A program made the translations under genes and the position numbers. 64,000 nt of DNA, taken from positions 4,224,001-4,288,000 of the forward strand of contig OY762209.1 in NCBI GenBank assembly GCA_963665295.1. The letters are read 5' to 3'. The notes beneath the pieces were generated by a model. That model ran no database searches. It was not told the DNA's origin and saw only the letters and a list, made by a program, of their open reading frames with translations. Below, one piece after another: positions 29,989 to 40,799 of this stretch (position 1 is the stretch's first letter; the number at the start of each line of letters is the position of its first letter). Source of the stretch: Syntrophorhabdaceae bacterium (GTDB taxonomy: Bacteria; Desulfobacterota; Syntrophorhabdia; Syntrophorhabdales; Syntrophorhabdaceae).

Positions 29989-31623
29989 TCAGGTATCCCT
30001 GTTGTCCAGTACTCGTCTTACTATCTCCGCTGTTTCCTGTCTTGTGAGCGGCTTCAGAACAAGTTCCTTTACGCCCATCGCCTTGACGTCTTCTTCTGAA
30101 ATCAACTCACTGTATCCCGTGCAGAGAATGACGGGGATATCACGACGGAGTTTCATCATCTCTTTGGCGAGATCGGACCCTGTCATGTAAGGCATTGCCT
30201 CGTCTACAATCACGAGGTCGAAGGATTCAGGGTTTTCGGAGAATATTTTCAGCGCTTCCCTGCAGTCCGTCGTCGCGGTCACGTGATAGCCGATCCCTTC
30301 AAGCAGGCTTCCCGTCATCTCAACAAGAAGTTCCTCGTCATCGACAAAAAGGATTCTCTCCGTTCCACCGGGCACCGTTTCGGGAGTCTCTTTTGGTAAT
30401 TTTTCCTTCTGACGCGCCCTGGGAAAAAACACACTAAAAGTCGATCCTTTTCCCGGCTCGCTGGAAACAGTAATGGCGCCTTTATGGATCTGTACAATCC
30501 CGTAAACCACGGAAAGCCCCATGCCAATCCCCTCACCCACCGGTTTCGTGGTAAAAAAGGGGTCGAATATCCTCTCCTGCACTTCGTTGCTCATGCCGGA
30601 ACCCGTATCACTGACAATAAGGGCCACATATTCTCCCGGCGTCATATTCGGGTGGAGCGCCGGGTTTCCTTCGTCCAGGATAACATTGGTGACGGTAATC
30701 TTCAGGATTCCCCCTTTTTCGCGCATGGACTGAGCCCCGTTTGATGCGAGGTTCAGGAGGACCTGCTGTATTTGGGAAAAATCCGCAAATATTTCATCCG
30801 ATTGAGTATCCACGAGGGTCTCCATTTGAACCGTCGCGGGAAGGGTCGCCCGAAGGAGGGCGGATGTCTCCTCTACAAGCGGACCGAGGCGTGCGGGTTC
30901 CTGCCTGGGCGTGGTCTTCCTGCTGAAGGTAAGGATCTGGCGAACAAGGTCTCTCCCGCGCATACCCGACTTGCGGATGAGTTCGACGTATCTCTTGAGG
31001 GGATCCTCGTCTCCCTTGATCTCCCTTAAGGCCCGCTCTGAAAAACCGATAATTGCCGCAAGGATGTTATTGAAATCGTGGGCAATTCCTCCAGCCAGAG
31101 TCCCCATGGCCTGCATCTTGCGGGCCTGGTGCATTTCCTCTTCGTTCCGTCTCCGCTCGGTGATGTCCCTCAGGTACGCGAGAGTATTCGACTCTCCCTT
31201 GTACACAATCCTGGTTGCCGAAACTTCAATGTAGATCGGGTTTCCGTCCTTCCTGATGCCCTTGAATTCGTATCTTGAAGGCACAAGATCACCCTTTTGC
31301 CGACCCCGGTTAATGGCTATGACCTTCTCACGATCGTCCGGATGCACTGAGAAGAATACGTCTTTCCCCACAATTTCTTCCGGCCTGTCATAACCGAACA
31401 TGTCAAGAAACTTCCGATTCACATATATATGTTGATCCCCCTTTACGATGGCGACGCCGTCGTTGGAATGTTCTATGGCAATTCTATAGCGCTCCTCCGA
31501 TTCTCTGAGCGCCTCTTCCGCACGTCTGAGTTCAATCTCCGACTCCCTCAGATCGGCAATTTTCCGGCGCATATCCGACAACTCTCCGAGAAGTTCCTTC
31601 CTGGCCTTATCTTCCTCTTTCAT
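29989..31623 (-). CDS. PAS-domain hybrid sensor histidine kinase with receiver domain
   Basis: PAS; GGIAHDFNN H-box; FDPFFTTK, GMGLS; receiver ILFVDDE. Confidence 0.92.
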   Translation of the reverse strand: MKEEDKARKELLGELSDMRRKIADLRESEIELRRAEEALRESEERYRIAIEHSNDGVAIVKGDQHIYVNRKFLDMFGYDRPEEIVGKDVFFSVHPDDREKVIAINRGRQKGDLVPSRYEFKGIRKDGNPIYIEVSATRIVYKGESNTLAYLRDITERRRNEEEMHQARKMQAMGTLAGGIAHDFNNILAAIIGFSERALREIKGDEDPLKRYVELIRKSGMRGRDLVRQILTFSRKTTPRQEPARLGPLVEETSALLRATLPATVQMETLVDTQSDEIFADFSQIQQVLLNLASNGAQSMREKGGILKITVTNVILDEGNPALHPNMTPGEYVALIVSDTGSGMSNEVQERIFDPFFTTKPVGEGIGMGLSVVYGIVQIHKGAITVSSEPGKGSTFSVFFPRARQKEKLPKETPETVPGGTERILFVDDEELLVEMTGSLLEGIGYHVTATTDCREALKIFSENPESFDLVIVDEAMPYMTGSDLAKEMMKLRRDIPVILCTGYSELISEEDVKAMGVKELVLKPLTRQETAEIVRRVLDNRDT

Positions 31624-31969
31624 TCTAAGTACCTCTGCAATGTTAGCTCCAATACTAGTATACAATACTTCAAAAATAATTGCCCGCCGACTTTGCATAA
31701 TCCAGGGCCGAATGCTCCCGTACGTACCGTGCCAAGGGAACCCCTGCTCAAATTCGGCAGGGTAATCGCTGCTAGTTCCCGGGGCGTTTCTCTTTCCTCT
31801 TTTCCGATTCGACGATGCTTCACCAAATATATGACAGATTTGGTCGTTGTGCGGGACTCACTGAAAAAAGTTAAAATAAACTTTTCAGCCTCCCTACCCC
31901 TTCCCACAATACAATACCTGTCGCATATTAATGGAAAGAGAAATCCGAAAAGACCACGGAGGGTGGAAA

Positions 31970-32686
31970 ATGACATATAGTGCAAAACTCCTTGACCGAG
32001 AGTTACTGGCGGGTGATGTGGCAGTATTTCGAATCGAAAAACCCGACGGTTTCACGTTCAAAGCCGGCCAATGGTGCGCGGTGACCGTGCCGGACATAGG
32101 GTTTCACGACGAGCGCGGCCTGAAACGGCCCTTGAGCATCGCATCATCTCCTCGTGAGAAGGACCTTCTCTTCGCCACCAAACTGAGCAACAGCGCGATG
32201 AAGCGGACCATGGCCGAGATAAAAACCGGGACCATCATTTCTCTCGATGAGCCGCTCGGGTCCCTTCTCCTTCCGGAGGACGTGACTGTCCCCCTCGTAT
32301 TTCTCGCAGGGGGCATCGGGATCACGCCCTTCAGGTCCATGCTCCAGTACGCGGCGGAAACCCCGACAGGACACACGATAACCCTGTTCTATTCCAACAG
32401 GACTCCTGAAGAGACGCCTTTTCTTGAAGACTTGGCACGCCTTTCCAGGGAGAGCGGGGCGATCCGCGTATATAATACCATGACCCGAGTGGGAGTAGGT
32501 TCGAATTGGTCCGGTCTCACGGGACGACTCAACCCGCAGATGGTCATGGATAACTGCCGGTCCTGGGAGAGTGCCGCTTACTACATCGTGGGGCCCCCTG
32601 CCATGGCTGACGCAATGAAGCAGACACTCTCGGACATGAAGATCGATCCAAAACGGATAACGGTCGAGTTGTTTGCGGGCTACTAA
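31970..32686 (+). CDS. FAD/NAD-binding oxidoreductase (FNR-like)
   Basis: FKAGQW, RPLSIAS, AGGIGITPF, YIVGPPAM. Confidence 0.88.
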   Translation: MTYSAKLLDRELLAGDVAVFRIEKPDGFTFKAGQWCAVTVPDIGFHDERGLKRPLSIASSPREKDLLFATKLSNSAMKRTMAEIKTGTIISLDEPLGSLLLPEDVTVPLVFLAGGIGITPFRSMLQYAAETPTGHTITLFYSNRTPEETPFLEDLARLSRESGAIRVYNTMTRVGVGSNWSGLTGRLNPQMVMDNCRSWESAAYYIVGPPAMADAMKQTLSDMKIDPKRITVELFAGY

Positions 32687-32703
32687 TCGAAGAGGAGGAA
32701 TAT

Positions 32704-32859
32704 ATGGAAGCCGGGAAGCAGCATATGAAATGTAACGATTGCGGATGCAGATTTGAAGCCGGGTCGCGTGAACGAGACGACACCGGGAAAAAACCGGTGG
32801 AACCGGCGCCGCCCATCACGTGTCCTCAGTGCGCGAGCATGAACATAACCACGGCGTAA
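32704..32859 (+). CDS. 51-aa zinc-ribbon protein (FmdB-like; not in ORF track)
   Basis: RBS GAGGAGG; MEAGKQHMKCNDCGCRFE...ITCPQCASMNITTA. Confidence 0.75.
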   Translation: MEAGKQHMKCNDCGCRFEAGSRERDDTGKKPVEPAPPITCPQCASMNITTA

Positions 32860-32943
32860 GCCACGGGTACGGGCATCAAAGGCGAGCACAACACCCGTAA
32901 GGCTATATCAAGGCGAACTTCCGGGTGCGGACCTGGAGGGCAA

Positions 32944-33144
32944 TCACCCGGCCTTCTTCCCGGATCGGTTGGCTTTATTATCCGCCTTTTTCTTTTGATC
33001 CCCCTCGCCTTCGAGCCGGCGGTACTCCTCAAGCAACTCGTTTTCGCTCAGGCCCCTTCTCGTAAACGGTCGCGAGGCTTCCGCGGTACGCCATACGGAC
33101 AGGGCATCTGTAATCAACCGGTGCAGCCTCCTCTTGACACTCAT
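32944..33144 (-). CDS. Small hypothetical protein (66 aa)
   Basis: RBS AAGGAGG upstream of ATG 33144; MSVKRRLHRLITDALSVW... Confidence 0.5.
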   Translation of the reverse strand: MSVKRRLHRLITDALSVWRTAEASRPFTRRGLSENELLEEYRRLEGEGDQKKKADNKANRSGKKAG

Positions 33145-33401
33145 CTCCACATCCTCCTTTCTCACGCGGCCTTCGGGGTATGCGCGTTGCCGCCAATCGC
33201 AAAGCCTTGCCGCCCATCGGCCCGACCGCCTAGGGTATCTTACTACACCGGAGGTGTACAATCCAGCCTTACATTCCCGGGACCCGCTGTCTACCTGTGG
33301 TCGCATCGGTCCGCAATCTTTGACTATAGGTTTTGCGCATTTGACATTTTGCAATTTCCGCAGTTTTCATGTAGTTTTTATTACGGTCAGGCAAGGCAGA
33401 T

Positions 33402-34148
33402 ATGGCAGACAGAGCGATCCTCAAAATAACGGGACTCACGAAGGAATACGGCACCCTTACGGCGGTCGACCACATATCCTTTTTCGTAAACTCCGGCGAA
33501 GCCGTGGGCCTTCTCGGTCCCAACGGTGCAGGGAAGACCACCACCATCAACATGATCCTCGGCATCATGAAACCGACGACCGGAACTGTGGAGATATTGG
33601 GCAAAGACCTGCGCACGTGCAGGTCGGAGGTGAGCAAAAATGTCAACTTTGCGGCCGTGTATGCCCATATGCCCGCGAACCTCACAGTGTGGCAGAACCT
33701 GTACGTTTTTGGCTTACTCTATGAGCAGAGAAACCTCAAGGAACGAATAAGGCTTCTCATGAAAGAATTCGACCTGGAGAACTTCGCTCACACAAGGGCC
33801 GGGTTGCTTTCCTCAGGGGAACTGAGTCGTCTCAGCCTCGCCAAAGCAGTAATAAACAGACCTTGCCTCTTGCTTCTCGACGAACCAACGGCCAGCCTGG
33901 ACCCCAGCGTTTCCCGGATCATTCGCGACAACATAAAGGCCTACGCCGCAAAGACCGGCGCCGGGATACTCTGGACGTCTCATAACATGAGTGAGATCGA
34001 GGCCGTGTGTGACCGGGTTCTTTTCCTGTCACACGGTAAGATCCTCTTAAGCGGGAACCCAAGGTCCCTTCCGGCCGAACACGGAAAGAAAGACCTGGAA
34101 GAGTTGTTCATCACCGTAGCCCGCGAACCGCTTCTCCTCAAGGAATGA
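33402..34148 (+). CDS. ABC-2 exporter ATP-binding protein
   Basis: GPNGAGKTT, LLLDEPT, WTSH. Confidence 0.92.
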   Translation: MADRAILKITGLTKEYGTLTAVDHISFFVNSGEAVGLLGPNGAGKTTTINMILGIMKPTTGTVEILGKDLRTCRSEVSKNVNFAAVYAHMPANLTVWQNLYVFGLLYEQRNLKERIRLLMKEFDLENFAHTRAGLLSSGELSRLSLAKAVINRPCLLLLDEPTASLDPSVSRIIRDNIKAYAAKTGAGILWTSHNMSEIEAVCDRVLFLSHGKILLSGNPRSLPAEHGKKDLEELFITVAREPLLLKE

Positions 34149-34152
34149 AACG

Positions 34153-34962
34153 ATGAGCTTATTGAGAGTTTACGCCATCTTCGTCCGTCAGTTGTTCCTG
34201 CTGAAAAGCAACCCCACGAGGCTCGCCAGTATCTTCCTGTGGCTGGTCATCGATATCATCCAGTGGGGATTTATCAGCAGATATCTCGGGTCCTTCGGTA
34301 AGGCGACCTTCAGTTTCATTACCGTCATTCTCGGGGCAATCCTCCTCTGGGAATTCATGAGCCGCATCCAGCAGGGAGTGCTCATGTCCTTTCTGGAAGA
34401 CGTGTGGACTCAGAATTTTGTCAATTTCTTCGCGTCCCCCCTTACGGTCCGGGAGTACCTGGGAGGGCTTGTCCTCACAAGCATTACCACAGGCATGGCC
34501 GGATTCCTCGCCATTGTCGCCATCGCCGGGTTCGCATTCGGTTACAACATACTGAGGATAGGCATACTGCTCCTGCCTTTTATGCTTATACTCCTGGTTT
34601 TCGGGGTGGCAATGGGGATCTTCGTGTCGGCTATAATTTTCAGACTCGGGCCTTCGGCCGAGTGGCTCGCCTGGCCTATACCCATGGTACTTTCACTCTT
34701 TGCAGGTGTCTATTATCCTATCTCAACCCTGCCTGCCCCTCTTACGACACTGGCCTGGCTGATTCCTCCCGCCTACGTCTTTGAGAGCATGCGGGGCGTC
34801 CTTACTACCGGCGCGCTCCCCGCGGATCTGATGTCAAACCTTCTCATCGGCGCATCCCTCGCCATAGCTTATTTACTGCTTATGTTCCGATTCTTCGTCT
34901 TCATCTACGAGAGGAACCTGCAAAACGGAAGTATCGCACGTTTCAACGCCGAAGCCCTCTAA
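34153..34962 (+). CDS. ABC-2 type permease
   Basis: Multiple hydrophobic segments; GVYYPISTLP, PPAYVFESMR. Confidence 0.88.
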   Translation: MSLLRVYAIFVRQLFLLKSNPTRLASIFLWLVIDIIQWGFISRYLGSFGKATFSFITVILGAILLWEFMSRIQQGVLMSFLEDVWTQNFVNFFASPLTVREYLGGLVLTSITTGMAGFLAIVAIAGFAFGYNILRIGILLLPFMLILLVFGVAMGIFVSAIIFRLGPSAEWLAWPIPMVLSLFAGVYYPISTLPAPLTTLAWLIPPAYVFESMRGVLTTGALPADLMSNLLIGASLAIAYLLLMFRFFVFIYERNLQNGSIARFNAEAL

Positions 34963-34972
34963 GCGCACAATG

Positions 34973-35410
34973 CTAGGTCCCTTTCTGGATTAGTTCGACC
35001 AATACATATTTCCCGAGAAGAAAAAAGGCAATGCGGCTCACGCCGGAGCAGCGCCTTTTCAGATTCTCGTCGTAGGCAACGCAGTCTTGGGCGGGAACGG
35101 TGATCTTGAACCCGTGTCCCGCGACCTCGGCCATGGCGGCATCCATATCGTCGACTTCGAAGCAGAGGTGGTGGAGACCGCCTCCACGCTTCTTGATGAA
35201 ATTCGAGATAGGGGAAGACTCTGCCGTGGGTTCAAGAAACTCGATGTAAACGTCCCCCGTGCCGCTCACAGGCGCGAAAGACGCCGAAACCGACTGAAGA
35301 GGGTTCACTGTGGGCTCGGTCATCTCGGTAAAACCAAGTTTCCTGAAAAGATCAACCACCCCGTCAATCCCGTCGACAACAAAACCAATATGGTCAAGAG
35401 TTAGTTTCAT
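34973..35410 (-). CDS. VOC family protein (methylmalonyl-CoA epimerase-like)
   Basis: LDHIGFVV, IEFLEP, GGGLHHLCFEVDD, VELIQ. Confidence 0.82.
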   Translation of the reverse strand: MKLTLDHIGFVVDGIDGVVDLFRKLGFTEMTEPTVNPLQSVSASFAPVSGTGDVYIEFLEPTAESSPISNFIKKRGGGLHHLCFEVDDMDAAMAEVAGHGFKITVPAQDCVAYDENLKRRCSGVSRIAFFLLGKYVLVELIQKGT

Positions 35411-35532
35411 AAGTCTCCTCCTCTGTGGGAAACTCTGTGAGGTCGCAACATGACGCATTCAGGAAACCGCGCCCACCTTCCACCAACTCAAGGTGTCGCG
35501 TTACCCTCACCGCGGGAACTGTACTTCACCGC

Positions 35533-36288
35533 TCAGCTACCCTTCGTCTCATTCGCTTCCTGAGTCTTATCCCCGGTCTTTTCGGAGGCAGGCGGGTCCA
35601 GAACTTTTACGAGTTCCAGGTCAAAGATCAGCAAGGTGTTCGGCCCCACCAACTCCCCTACTCCGTCCTCGCCATAGGCGAGTCTTGAGGGGATAAAAAG
35701 TCTCCATTTTGCACCGCTTTGCATCAGCAGGCTGCCTTCTCTCCATCCCGGAACCACGTTTTCCAGTACGAATGTCTCCGGTCCGCCTTTCTTATACGAA
35801 TTTTCGATCTCGCTCCCGTCGATGCGACTCACCACGTAGTGGACCGACACCATATCGTCTTCCTTCGGCTTCTTCCCTGTACCCGCCTTGATTACCTTAT
35901 ACTGAAGACCGCTCGGAAGGGTTATCACGCCTTCCTTATTCTTGTTCTCGGCGAGGAACTTATCTTCTTCCCGTTTGTTCTTCTCCGCGACAGCCACGCC
36001 CTTTACCTGTTTTTGTTCCGTAATTTCCTTCTCAATGGCAGTCTTGGTCTCAGAGATTTCGTCTTCCGTGAGAAGAAGTTTACCTCCGGTCAGGGCGTCC
36101 CGAATTCCCTCTTTCAGTACGTCGAGGTTTACATCCACCGATTGCTTCTTCAGCAGCCTGCCGATGTCGACTCCCACGGCATAGCTTACCTTGTCTCTCT
36201 TTTCTTTTAGTGGCGCCCTCTCTTCGCCGAACAAGGGGCCTGCGAGGCATATTGAGATAATACAGACCACCGCTATTCTGACTTTCAT
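35533..36288 (-). CDS. FKBP-type peptidyl-prolyl isomerase (FkpA/FklB/Mip-like)
   Basis: Signal peptide; SYAVGVDIG, LPSGLQYKV, IPSRLAYG, LIFDLEL. Confidence 0.9.
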   Translation of the reverse strand: MKVRIAVVCIISICLAGPLFGEERAPLKEKRDKVSYAVGVDIGRLLKKQSVDVNLDVLKEGIRDALTGGKLLLTEDEISETKTAIEKEITEQKQVKGVAVAEKNKREEDKFLAENKNKEGVITLPSGLQYKVIKAGTGKKPKEDDMVSVHYVVSRIDGSEIENSYKKGGPETFVLENVVPGWREGSLLMQSGAKWRLFIPSRLAYGEDGVGELVGPNTLLIFDLELVKVLDPPASEKTGDKTQEANETKGS

Positions 36289-36846
36289 GAGTCCTCCCTT
36301 CAATGTGTGATGATTATGAAGCCTGGAATATTTTATAGGAGGAGCGGCCCATAGTCAAATGGGCCGATTTGTTGGGACGCAAGGCCGCAACTCACCCGCA
36401 CGTTTATAATCCCCGCCCGCAAGCTCGACTTCCTATTGCCTGTCTATTCTGTTTTCTTCTTTTCTTTCGACCGCACGTAAAGCCACCACACCAACAAGCC
36501 AACCCCGCCACTCAGCCATATCGCCAGAAATACGAATTGCCCCAAACCCGCCCTCCTTATGCTCTCAGAAAATATTCCTATCCCAAACGGATAGACTCCC
36601 CTTCCCCCATGATTCTTCGGACCCTTAAGGCGGCCGATGCCCTGTGGATAACTCTAATTATATCGGCTTTTCTCACATCATAAAGTAATTCGGCACACTT
36701 GTCCATTCAATTCTGAACCGGGCAGTCCCCGGATTATTTTGTGATGGGAGCGCCCTTCTTTCAGTTGGAGATTGCCGGGCGGACGGAAATAGTGTTAAGA
36801 TTAGCCGTTGCAAAAGGGTTCCTACACTTTGTGCCAAGGAGGGGTT

Positions 36847-37233
36847 ATGAACATACTCAGGAAGCGGTTTCCTGCGATCCTGGTGGGATGCATGCTATTT
36901 TGCGGGCCTGGCCTGTCGTGGGGGGCCGATTGGGAGGTCTACTACGAGGATGGTATGGAGATGCGTTATTATGACAAATCAAGCGTGAAGAGGGTACAAA
37001 AAGGCGTACTACGAGTCGCGATCAAGACCACGTTGCTGGGGGCGGAGGAAGGAAAGGTCGTACAACTCGAGATGGACTGCGGAGCCCATAAGTACCGTAT
37101 ACTTTCGCCCGACGCCGATGCGGTAATAGCGGAACTCCCACCCCATGCAGGGTTGGAGGAAGGGTCTCCGTGGGTCTGGTTCTCAATTAACTCTGAGATG
37201 ATGGCCATGTATCAGAACATCTGCGAGGGTTGA
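36847..37233 (+). CDS. Exported hypothetical protein
   Basis: RBS AAGGAGG; signal peptide ending SWG-ADW; YYDKSSV and EMDC pattern. Confidence 0.65.
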   Translation: MNILRKRFPAILVGCMLFCGPGLSWGADWEVYYEDGMEMRYYDKSSVKRVQKGVLRVAIKTTLLGAEEGKVVQLEMDCGAHKYRILSPDADAVIAELPPHAGLEEGSPWVWFSINSEMMAMYQNICEG

Positions 37234-37331
37234 AGCTCGAACTGAGTCGTCGGCGGTGTGTAGTCATAGGGTATCACCCCCAGCTCACGCCTCCGGTCCT
37301 TCTGAAGGGCGAGGGACGAAAGAAGGTCGTC

Positions 37332-38492
37332 CTATTCAAGTTCCTTCAGAGAGAAGGCGAGTACGCTCGACAGGCATACGAGTATTCCAAGCACGAAGAT
37401 ACCGAACTTGAAACTCACAAGATCGCCTGACAGACCGAGAAGATAGGGCATCACCCCCACTCCGAAAATGATCGCCACCGTCAGAATGAGTCCGGTGGCC
37501 ATGCTCCTCATTTCCCTGCTAAACATCCGCGCAATGGAAACGAGGCTTACAGGGAAAAATCCCGTCACGATAACTGCCTGCAGGAAAAGAACAATGCCTA
37601 TGTGCCTAGCTGAAACCACACCCATAAGCACGGTAAGTATGCCCGTCATCAGCATCAGGATAAACATCACTTTTCTAAGATTGAGTCGGTCAACGAGAAA
37701 GCCCGCGAGAATGGCGACCCCAATCCCTCCCAGTCGTGACATCCCCAGGATACCGTTCGCATACTCGATGCCCAGAGAGAGCTCCTTCGTGAGATAGAGT
37801 GGTATTATGGAGTAGATACCCAGATTGGCGCCGGAAGCGAATGTAAAAAGCGCCCCCATCACCCAGAGCCCCTTCGTCCTCACGAGGTCGCCGAACGCAC
37901 GTTTTACCGGATGGCTGATCTTCACCTCATGGCACGTCAATTGGCAAACTATGGCGCCGAGAAGAAACACAACGCCAAAGACGGTGAATATCCCCCTCCA
38001 TTTCATAAAATGAAGGAAGAATAGGGCTATCAATGGAATACTGAATATGCTTACCGACGCTCCCGAATCATGAATGGCGATAGCTTTGCCCCAGTTCTTT
38101 TCAGAAAAATTCTCTGTTATCAGCGGTATCGCCGACGGCAGGTACATGCCGACCGATATGCCCAGGATAAAGCTGAACAGATAAAGTACCGAAAAGACTT
38201 TCACGCAGGGAATCAAGAGAAAGAGAAAGGCGCTTATGCCGAGGGAGACCACTATAGTCCTTTTGTAGCCCAGTCTTCCCGCAAAGAAGCCGGAGAAAAA
38301 CATGGACAGGCCATACCCTACGGCCTGGAACACAAAAACACTGCTTGCTCTCGCATGGCTAATGGCGAATTCGTCCTCTATAAGCGGAAGAATGGGTGAA
38401 AATATCACCCTTACGCACATGTTGATGAACCAGAGAAACCAGAGAAGAGAAAGAAATAAAAGGGCCTTGCCCTTCAGTTGAGGATAACGCAC
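37332..38492 (-). CDS. MFS transporter
   Basis: About 12 hydrophobic segments; GFFAGRLGYKR and GFLVDRL loop motifs. Confidence 0.88.
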   Translation of the reverse strand: MRYPQLKGKALLFLSLLWFLWFINMCVRVIFSPILPLIEDEFAISHARASSVFVFQAVGYGLSMFFSGFFAGRLGYKRTIVVSLGISAFLFLLIPCVKVFSVLYLFSFILGISVGMYLPSAIPLITENFSEKNWGKAIAIHDSGASVSIFSIPLIALFFLHFMKWRGIFTVFGVVFLLGAIVCQLTCHEVKISHPVKRAFGDLVRTKGLWVMGALFTFASGANLGIYSIIPLYLTKELSLGIEYANGILGMSRLGGIGVAILAGFLVDRLNLRKVMFILMLMTGILTVLMGVVSARHIGIVLFLQAVIVTGFFPVSLVSIARMFSREMRSMATGLILTVAIIFGVGVMPYLLGLSGDLVSFKFGIFVLGILVCLSSVLAFSLKELE

Positions 38493-38618
38493 ATTTCAAT
38501 CTAACCAGATATGGGACAAAATTTCAACCAATAAACCAAACAATAGTTCGACCTTGCCCAAGGCAGGTTTCCGTGGACGGGACAATTCCGCGCACCATTG
38601 CCGCAGCCCGCCTCTTTC

Positions 38619-39854
38619 TCAAACCCTGCTGAAGCCCACTGTGCCGAGGCCGATGCTCCTGACCGTCTTCACTTGCGCACATTCCCTCACCCCCTTCTTC
38701 TTCAGGGTCTCCGCTATTCTTTCGGAGCCATGAAGGGCCGTGCTCCCCATCTGGTCCGTGATATTGATGTAAAGCACCGTATTGTTTGTCAGGGTGATAC
38801 CGATGCTTAAGGGAGAGGAGGACGTAAGAATAAGGGCTCTCCCGGCTGCGCCAAGCCGGGCCGTGCCGGCGCTCGCAACAACTGCAATCCATGAAGCCGC
38901 CACCAGCCATCGTGGGGGCAGAAAGACAACGGATTGAAAGAAACTCATATCCCCGTACCGATAGAGCCTTGTCCCCCGGAACGTCGTGATCGCCAACCCC
39001 TCATCCGTCGAGAGAATCCGATAACCGGCATACCACGCCGATATCCAGAGAATGAGGAGCCCGCCCAGGAGGAAGGGGGAAAAGAGAAGGAGAACAAACA
39101 GTCCTTCCGGAAAAACTTGCAAGGTTCCTCCCACGAGAAGAACGGAGAGAATAAGGGGTAAAACAAAAAAGGCAACCCCCACCAGATCGCTCAGGACCAT
39201 TCTCCAGCGGTCATAGCTCAGGGCACCCGGCGGAGCTTTCGGCCGCGGCAGCAGCGCATAGATAAGGATGCCCGCAAGGATAAGCGCGAAACCCGCAACA
39301 CGGTAAGGATAGAGGAGATAAGCCGGAGGCTTGGGATACGGGGAAAAACCGCTCCCGAATCTGAAGTCCTTGTCCGAATATGACCTGTAGTCTATTTCGA
39401 GATACCGGGGTTTGCCGCCATCATCGTTCATCAGGCACAACCGTCCTGTCTTTCTTGCCGCGATCCCGGCCACCATGTTCAGCGGGTACTCGTGGGCGGA
39501 AAAGAACAGGGCCTTCATGGAATACCGGCCTGAAGGGAATCGCCTGGTCCACTCCGGCTTCTTTTCTCTTCCCTCCATGGCGTCTTGGATTTCCTGAAAG
39601 AAATCGGACCATACCCGCCCCTCTACCCTGAGCACGGAAGGCTGCCGCCTCCTCTCCATTACAGCTCTATCCTCAGGGGCAAGAAGAGGGGTCCCGAGCA
39701 CACCTCCGGGGGCGGACGGAGGCAGGGCAGCGGCGCTTGTCCGTCTCTCTGCGTAGGGCTTTACGATGATGACCGGTTCCAGTGACGCAAAATAGGCGAG
39801 TCCTATCCCCGCGCCGATACATATAATCAATAAGACTCTCCGCCAGAGCTCCAT
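38619..39854 (-). CDS. Hypothetical membrane protein
   Basis: Long ORF with an N-terminal TM segment, a soluble domain, then several TM segments. Confidence 0.65.
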   Translation of the reverse strand: MELWRRVLLIICIGAGIGLAYFASLEPVIIVKPYAERRTSAAALPPSAPGGVLGTPLLAPEDRAVMERRRQPSVLRVEGRVWSDFFQEIQDAMEGREKKPEWTRRFPSGRYSMKALFFSAHEYPLNMVAGIAARKTGRLCLMNDDGGKPRYLEIDYRSYSDKDFRFGSGFSPYPKPPAYLLYPYRVAGFALILAGILIYALLPRPKAPPGALSYDRWRMVLSDLVGVAFFVLPLILSVLLVGGTLQVFPEGLFVLLLFSPFLLGGLLILWISAWYAGYRILSTDEGLAITTFRGTRLYRYGDMSFFQSVVFLPPRWLVAASWIAVVASAGTARLGAAGRALILTSSSPLSIGITLTNNTVLYINITDQMGSTALHGSERIAETLKKKGVRECAQVKTVRSIGLGTVGFSRV

Positions 39855-40086
39855 CTGTCCACACCTCACCGGCAGCGCCCTCCCTTCTTTATCTTGGCCG
39901 GTCTTACCCTATATTCGCCTATCCGCCGCCGACATGTCAATAGCGTGGCCTGATCAACCGCGCTACCTCAGAGCCGGTTCTGGTGATCCCCGTTTTCCTC
40001 GTCCGGCTGAGTGTGCTATACTAAGGGCGGCCAACGAATACAGCCGGGTGATCCCTTGCAAGAGGCCACCAAAAGGGGGTGTCCAT

Positions 40087-40296
40087 ATGAGCAAATACGA
40101 ATACGTGAAGAAGCCTTCCGGGACTCCGTGGGTGATGGAAGTACGAAAAGGCGGTTCTCACAAGGGCAACATCCGCAAAAGCCCGTACACGGGTCGATAT
40201 CAGTTTTTCAGGGGCTCTGTGAATGTGATTCGCGCTTCCTGCGAGGAGTCCGACATCGATACTCTGATAGGCAAGATTGAGGAGTTGGACCTTTAG
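40087..40296 (+). CDS. Small hypothetical protein
   Basis: Purine-rich RBS then MSKYEYVKKPSGTPW... Confidence 0.6.
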   Translation: MSKYEYVKKPSGTPWVMEVRKGGSHKGNIRKSPYTGRYQFFRGSVNVIRASCEESDIDTLIGKIEELDL

Positions 40297-40397
40297 ACCC
40301 GGCGGATTCCCGAAGCAGGGATTCTTGACGCCCGGCGCGTTACATCAACAGGTGAGTACTCACCTGTTGATAAACCGTTCGCACAGGAGATCTTGAA

Positions 40398-40688
40398 ATG
40401 ACCGTGACAAAAAATAACCGATCCGAGGATACGATCGGCACGCCTGAAGAACCCCTCAAGATCAGGCTGAAGGTGCTTGACAGAGAGACTAATGAAAGCC
40501 GGTATTGTGAGATCGACGAGGCGAAGACATGGGATTGGAAAAACCCGGAAATATGGCACGTGATAAACGGATGGCAGATCACGAGTTACCGCATGCTTAT
40601 CTTCATGTTGCGCCGCAAAGAAGAAAGGGGCCTCGAAGAGGTTGTGCTCCAGGTAATCCCCCGCTTCATGATGCTCAATGGTTGTTAA
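40398..40688 (+). CDS. Small hypothetical protein
   Basis: RBS AGGAG; 96 aa with protein-like composition. Confidence 0.6.
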   Translation: MTVTKNNRSEDTIGTPEEPLKIRLKVLDRETNESRYCEIDEAKTWDWKNPEIWHVINGWQITSYRMLIFMLRRKEERGLEEVVLQVIPRFMMLNGC

Positions 40689-40799
40689 GCATCCTTCAGC
40701 ACTTCTTTCTTCATTTTTGCTCGGAATAGTCTTGTCCGCGCCTTCTATTTCTGATAAAATACACAACACTTTTTTGAAATAGAATAGATCGGGCACCAC

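Noticed and set aside
33800..33830. ABC signature LSSGE instead of LSGGQ
   Set aside because: Ordinary variation among ABC-2 exporters; Walker A/B and the H-loop are intact
36345..36400. GGGACGCAAGGCC resembling a c-di-GMP-I riboswitch
   Set aside because: No preceding GGCAAA/GNRA hairpin or downstream paired elements
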